Positions 6,539-10,908 of a stretch of DNA of 10,908 nt are shown in pieces. The notes beneath the pieces were generated by a model that did no database searches, had not been told where the DNA came from, and worked only from the letters and a program-made list of their open reading frames with translations. Each line of letters starts with the position of its first letter. Position 1 is the first letter of the stretch. Origin of the DNA: Candidatus Methylomirabilia bacterium (GTDB lineage: Bacteria > Methylomirabilota > Methylomirabilia > Rokubacteriales > CSP1-6); assembly GCA_046758965.1 (NCBI GenBank), contig JBHIBG010000089.1:1-10908 (forward strand). The letters are read 5' to 3'. The position numbers were made by a program, and so were the translations under genes.

Positions 6539-9367
6539 TCATCCAATGATTGCTACGCCGACGAGAGTATGGCGAAGGCTGAGCACACCCTCGGTCCTGG
6601 CACGGACGCGCGCTCCTATTGCGTCGAGCGCCTGTTGAGCCGCCGATCGAAGCATCTCAACGTTTATCCCGTTCTGGTCCCCTCGGCCACTCTGAAGCGA
6701 GAACCTCAGCCGGTCCACATCCAAGGTGGCAGGAGCTTCTTCCCAGGACCCATCTGGAGTCAGTAGGAGGTCCACATACATTGACCGCTTCTGGTCATTT
6801 TCGAGGTCCACATGAAGGAGAGCACGGACCGAAAGTCGTCGAGCCCCATCACGCGGGCCACCCAGAGCGGTTACGTCCCCCGCCTGTTGCGGCCGCTGAA
6901 AGTGTCGGATAAGCGCATCCACGAGGGGGTGGCCCAGGCCGAGGAGCTGGACGTTCCGGCGACGCATGGCGAGGTCACGGTCAAATGTGGCCTCACGGTA
7001 GGTGCGGGCCACACCGGGATAGGACACCAGCGCCCCCGGCGTTTCGATCTGAACGATTTCCCTGCTGGGAATGAAGGCGCCGCCTAAACGGAGGACTGCG
7101 CGCTCGACAAACAGCCTCAGGTGCTCCAAACTGAAGTGGCCTCGAAGGGTTCGGTAGTGCTCCAGGTTGAAGGCGTCCAGATCTTGCGTGAGACCCCGCA
7201 GGGCTTCGCTGGCCTGGCGGGCTCGTTCCATAGCCTCCACCATCTCTCGCTCGGTCCGCTTGTAGTCCCGGTCAACCAAAGCCCTTTTGTAGAGATCCTG
7301 ATAGTTCGGTAAGGCGCCAAGGAAGCCCAGGATTTCTGATCGGAAGTCTTCCACCACGTCACCCGTCACCGGGTCCACCTTCCCGATGGTCCTGGCGATC
7401 TCCAGGAGCTTCTCTTCCAGAAGCCGGTAGATCCGCTCCTCGACCGTGTCCTCCGCCACCAGGTTGTAGACCTGCACCGTGTCCTGCTGGCCGTAGCGGT
7501 GGATGCGTCCGATCCGCTGCTCAACCGCCATAGGATTCCAGGGCAGGTCGTAGTTGAACAGAATACGACCGATCTGAAGATTGATCCCCTCCCCTCCCGC
7601 TGAAGTACTGATAAGGAACTTGGCACCGTCATCCCCCCAGAAGGCCTCGATCGCAGCGATTTTCTCGTCGAGCGGGCCACCCTTGACGGCCGCGATCTTC
7701 GAAAGACCGTAGATCGTCCCGAGCTCCTCTCTCAGGAATTCTAGGCTCTCGCGGTACTGGGTGAAAATGATAAAGCGTTCCGACAGGTTCTCCCGGCGCA
7801 GCTGCTCGATGGCCCGAAGGAGGGTGTCGAACTTTCGATCGGTCCCCTCGGGGACCAGACGGATCAGTTCTCGGACCTTGTTGGCCTCGTTCGGGATGTC
7901 GGCCTCGGCGTAGATTCCCTCCTCACCTTCTTCATCACCGTCGAGCGCCCAGGCAGTTGCCTCATCCTCCGCCCTCCGAGCCAGCCGCTGCTTCAGCTGG
8001 GCCACATACGAGTCAGCCTCAGCCCGCTGAGAGGGAGAGACCCGAATCCCCTGAATGGCAACGGCCAGACCTCGCATCTCCTCCTGAAGCCTGAGGATCC
8101 TCTCAGCGAGCTCCGAAGACGAGCCGGAACGCCCCACGCGCGCTTCCACAGCCATCTGCTCGCGAGCCAGGAGGACCAGGAGCCGGCGGCGGAGGGCCTG
8201 GCGGATGGCCCTAGGGCTCGACGACATGATCTTCTGAAAGGTCGTCATCACGAAACCGACCGCGCGTTGGCGGCTTGTGGTCTTAGGCTGGCCGAGCCCC
8301 GCCACCCCATATCCTTCCCGAAGGTAATCGGTTAGGCGGTCGTAGAAAGAACGCTCTCTCACTGCCAGGGGGAAGGTCTGGGTATGGACCTGACGGCGCA
8401 TGAAGATGGGACGGCCCTCGGCATCTGTCACCTCTCGCTTTGTCCGCCGGACCATCACGCGGCTGAGAAGCCCGCGGTGGTCCAGGAGACTCTCAGGGGA
8501 GTCAAAGAGGCTGTCATCCAAGAGCTGGATAAGGGACCAGAACTGGTAGGGGTCGCCCTGATGGGGGGTGGCGGAGAGAAAAAGGAAATCCCGGGTGTGG
8601 TGCCGAAGGGCCTCCGCCAACCGATAGTTCTGGGTGGTCTGGACCTTCGTTCCGTAGCGAGTTCGGCTCAGGTGGTGGGCTTCGTCGAAGACGATCAGGT
8701 CCCACCGCGGGCCGGCGAGCAAGCGCTCCAACCGCTGGCGGCGCTTCAGGGTGTCGATGGAAACGATCGCGCGGTGGTGGTACTCCCAGGCGGCGGACTG
8801 TGCGTCAGTGAAGTCGAGGCTGAACACCTCGAAATGCAGACGAAAACAATCCCGGAGCTCCTGCTGCCAGTTTCGAACAAGGCCGGCAGGGCACACGATC
8901 AACACGCGGCCTGCCTCACCTCGCGCCACCAGCTCCCGGACGATCATGCCGGTCTCGATGGTCTTTCCCAGGCCCACCTCGTCGGCGATGAGGAGCCGGC
9001 GTCGGGCGGCCGCCACTACGTCGTGAGTGAGGAGGATCTGATGGGGGAGGAGTGCCGTCCGGCTATTCGAGAGCTCACCACCGGTATTGGCCAAAGGGAA
9101 CTGAAGAGCAAGTTGCTTCAGCAGGAAGTCCTGAGGCGCGTCGAGCACTCCACGGCCCAGCCGCTCCCAGAGGTCAGGCGCAGTTTCCAGGCGATCCAGC
9201 GGGAAGGTCTCCAGCCGTCGCCCGTCCGGCCCCTCGAAGGCAACATCCGCCTGGTAGACACCGCCTGACTCCGCCACCCGCAGGACCTCGCCCACACCGA
9301 GGTCCTCCCGGCCATAAACGCGCACCCGCTGACTGACCTGGATGGAGGCCTTCACCGCGTCAGACAT
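6539..9367 (-). CDS. SNF2-family helicase/ATPase (RapA/DrmD-like), 942 aa
   Basis: LLPHQ, ADEVGLGKT, IVCPAGL, FDEAHH, LSATPHQG, IIFTQY, STSAGGEGINLQ, YDLPWNP, QRIGRIHRYGQ; LGVGEV Tudor-like N-terminus. Confidence 0.95.
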   Translation of the reverse strand: MSDAVKASIQVSQRVRVYGREDLGVGEVLRVAESGGVYQADVAFEGPDGRRLETFPLDRLETAPDLWERLGRGVLDAPQDFLLKQLALQFPLANTGGELSNSRTALLPHQILLTHDVVAAARRRLLIADEVGLGKTIETGMIVRELVARGEAGRVLIVCPAGLVRNWQQELRDCFRLHFEVFSLDFTDAQSAAWEYHHRAIVSIDTLKRRQRLERLLAGPRWDLIVFDEAHHLSRTRYGTKVQTTQNYRLAEALRHHTRDFLFLSATPHQGDPYQFWSLIQLLDDSLFDSPESLLDHRGLLSRVMVRRTKREVTDAEGRPIFMRRQVHTQTFPLAVRERSFYDRLTDYLREGYGVAGLGQPKTTSRQRAVGFVMTTFQKIMSSSPRAIRQALRRRLLVLLAREQMAVEARVGRSGSSSELAERILRLQEEMRGLAVAIQGIRVSPSQRAEADSYVAQLKQRLARRAEDEATAWALDGDEEGEEGIYAEADIPNEANKVRELIRLVPEGTDRKFDTLLRAIEQLRRENLSERFIIFTQYRESLEFLREELGTIYGLSKIAAVKGGPLDEKIAAIEAFWGDDGAKFLISTSAGGEGINLQIGRILFNYDLPWNPMAVEQRIGRIHRYGQQDTVQVYNLVAEDTVEERIYRLLEEKLLEIARTIGKVDPVTGDVVEDFRSEILGFLGALPNYQDLYKRALVDRDYKRTEREMVEAMERARQASEALRGLTQDLDAFNLEHYRTLRGHFSLEHLRLFVERAVLRLGGAFIPSREIVQIETPGALVSYPGVARTYREATFDRDLAMRRRNVQLLGLGHPLVDALIRHFQRPQQAGDVTALGGPRDGARRLSVRALLHVDLENDQKRSMYVDLLLTPDGSWEEAPATLDVDRLRFSLQSGRGDQNGINVEMLRSAAQQALDAIGARVRARTEGVLSLRHTLVGVAIIG

Positions 9368-9791
9368 GGGTTAGATTGAAGTTGACCGCGTAAAAGCGGT
9401 TGCCCCGGCTGTCGGCCTGTGGCGGCGGGGACCCGAAGATATGGCCTACCGGAAGGCGCTGACCGCCAAATTCCGACCACAGGGTATCCCCTCGGATGAG
9501 CTTACCCCGAAACACTACCTGGACAGATAGCAGCCTCCGCTCCAACTCGGGCGCTGCTTGGCGGAGACGGCGGTGGATCTCAAGCGCGAGGGTTGCCTCC
9601 TGTGGTCGCGCCGCGAAAAGCACTTCTTCCAAACCGACGACCCGCTGCTCGGCGTACCTAGGGAAGGGAAACGGCTCTGCGGCCAGCTCCCGAAGGAAAT
9701 CGAGAAACCCCATTGACTCAGGATGAGCCTGAATCCCATCCGATTTAACTGGAGCCAGCAAAGCCCGCTCGAGCACCACGTAACCCGGCAT
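9360..9791 (-). CDS. hypothetical protein, 143 aa, coupled to the helicase
   Basis: ATG start 9 nt after the upstream stop; its 3' end overlaps the helicase start by 8 nt; globular alpha/beta-like composition. Confidence 0.8.
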   Translation of the reverse strand: MPGYVVLERALLAPVKSDGIQAHPESMGFLDFLRELAAEPFPFPRYAEQRVVGLEEVLFAARPQEATLALEIHRRLRQAAPELERRLLSVQVVFRGKLIRGDTLWSEFGGQRLPVGHIFGSPPPQADSRGNRFYAVNFNLTHV

Positions 9792-9800
9792 CGCTAGCGA

Positions 9801-10457
9801 TTACTTGTCCCGATTCAGGGGAAGCGGGACTCCGTATTCTTGCTCCAGGAACCGCTTCGCAGTCGTGTAGACAGTCCTAAGCGCCCGCCTCTCGACCGGG
9901 AGCACTTCAAGAGCAAGATGCGCTGCATCTCTGGTAAATAGGATTTCAAGCGCACCGCTTGTTCGGCCCGACGCGTGCCGATTCATCTCCTCCGCAATAT
10001 CCTCCGAAAATCCGAGGAATAGCAGCCGATCGTCCTCCGTTGACAATATGGCGTAAATCCCAGCAATGCTTCGAAGTATTGGATCCGTTAAAGCATCGCC
10101 AAGAGCAAAACGGGTCACTTGTCCGAGCTTAAGATCAACCCCCTCTCGCTGGACCTCCTCCGAGCTGACAACGTCTTCAGCAAGTTTCTGCAGGGACCGA
10201 CAGCTCTTCCCAGCCCGCAGAAGTATGGAGAAAACGCTTCGACATACTCGACAGACTCGCGGGTCGGCCTTAACCGAAGCTTCCACCAAAGGAAAGATCG
10301 TTCGCGCGGCTTCTCTGATGACTTCCTTGAGTCCATCAACAACTTGCCTCCATTGAGTGCTGGGAACAACGAGCCCGCCAAGGATGAAATAGGGCTGCTG
10401 TGGATCTAGAAGATTCCTGCCAGTGTTGCCAGTTTCGTCTAAGTAGCAAAGTTTCAT
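9801..10457 (-). CDS. DUF3800-like N-terminus with a degenerate GIY-YIG-like C-terminal region, 218 aa
   Basis: MKLCYLDETGNTG...QPYFILGGLVV...W is the DUF3800-type YxDExG start. Residues 133-161 read GIYAI...LLFLGFSEDIAEEMNRH. It sits in operon position with 19- and 9-nt gaps. Confidence 0.7.
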   Translation of the reverse strand: MKLCYLDETGNTGRNLLDPQQPYFILGGLVVPSTQWRQVVDGLKEVIREAARTIFPLVEASVKADPRVCRVCRSVFSILLRAGKSCRSLQKLAEDVVSSEEVQREGVDLKLGQVTRFALGDALTDPILRSIAGIYAILSTEDDRLLFLGFSEDIAEEMNRHASGRTSGALEILFTRDAAHLALEVLPVERRALRTVYTTAKRFLEQEYGVPLPLNRDK

Positions 10458-10476
10458 TCGTTACGGTCACGCCCAC

Positions 10477-10908
10477 TTACCTGAACAAGGGACCGACGTC
10501 CAGGAGGTCGCGGATCCGTTTGAGGACGGGAGTGAACGATTTGTTACGGCTGGCGACGTAATCGCAGGCGGCGCGGAGGCGCGGGGTCTCGCCCCGGAAG
10601 CGCTCCAGCCAGGGCATGAGGGGCTCCCCGCCTTCGGCCAGAGCCATGAGGAAATGGAGGTAGTCGACGAAGTAGACGCGCCCCTTGCCTTTCACCCGCC
10701 CTTCCTCAAAGAAGTCAGGCTGGGGTGATACCTCCACCCGGAACTTGGCTGCAAGGCCTTGAAAGCGCTCTGCCGGCTGCTTGACCTCATAGGTTCGTCC
10801 TCTGCCGGCCCGACCCTTGATGATGAGACCAGCGGTCATCAGCTCCTCGGGCTCAAGGACGCCCCGGGTGGCCTTGTGGACCTCGTCGCCCTTGATCTCC
10901 TTCCGGTT
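10477..10908 (-). CDS. 3' end of a large ORF, possibly the C-terminus of a DUF1156-type adenine DNA methyltransferase
   Basis: The frame is open to the window edge (NRKEIKGDEVHKATRG...VDYLHFLM...). The helical D.VHK..RG and VD.LH pattern and the position upstream of an SNF2 helicase recall DUF1156 proteins. No catalytic motif is in view, so the CDS is well supported but the product is tentative. Confidence 0.55.
   Translation of the reverse strand, partial: NRKEIKGDEVHKATRGVLEPEELMTAGLIIKGRAGRGRTYEVKQPAERFQGLAAKFRVEVSPQPDFFEEGRVKGKGRVYFVDYLHFLMALAEGGEPLMPWLERFRGETPRLRAACDYVASRNKSFTPVLKRIRDLLDVGPLFR

Noticed and set aside
8384..9268. 294-aa plus-strand ORF
   Set aside because: Antisense shadow of the helicase ATPase domain.
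6539..9367. Calling the helicase rapA or drmD
   Set aside because: No RapA C-terminal signature was recognised and no other DISARM genes are in view.
1..10908. CRISPR array, rRNA or IS transposase
   Set aside because: No regularly spaced repeats, rRNA-like sequence or transposase motifs were seen.

Overview
High-GC bacterial DNA in three blocks. (1) About 235-2473 is a decaying integron and toxin-antitoxin (TA) region. It holds an internally deleted intI pseudogene in the same orientation as its cassettes, a hicB-hicA cassette (HicA has an amber stop at codon 4) ending in an attC cut at its crossover, and fragments of a ParE-like and an AbiEii-like toxin. It also holds an in-frame methyltransferase::AbiEi chimera and a second methyltransferase remnant. 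(2) About 2490-6209 is a metabolic block (MFS transporter, CodA-like amidohydrolase, SDR), followed by a structured non-coding segment with its own promoter. (3) 6539-10908 on the minus strand is the 3' end of a tightly packed probable defence operon: a truncated large ORF (possibly a DUF1156-type DNA methyltransferase C-terminus), a low-GC DUF3800/GIY-YIG-like hybrid, a 143-aa unknown protein and a 942-aa SNF2 helicase. All family calls come from motif recognition by eye; no searches were run.
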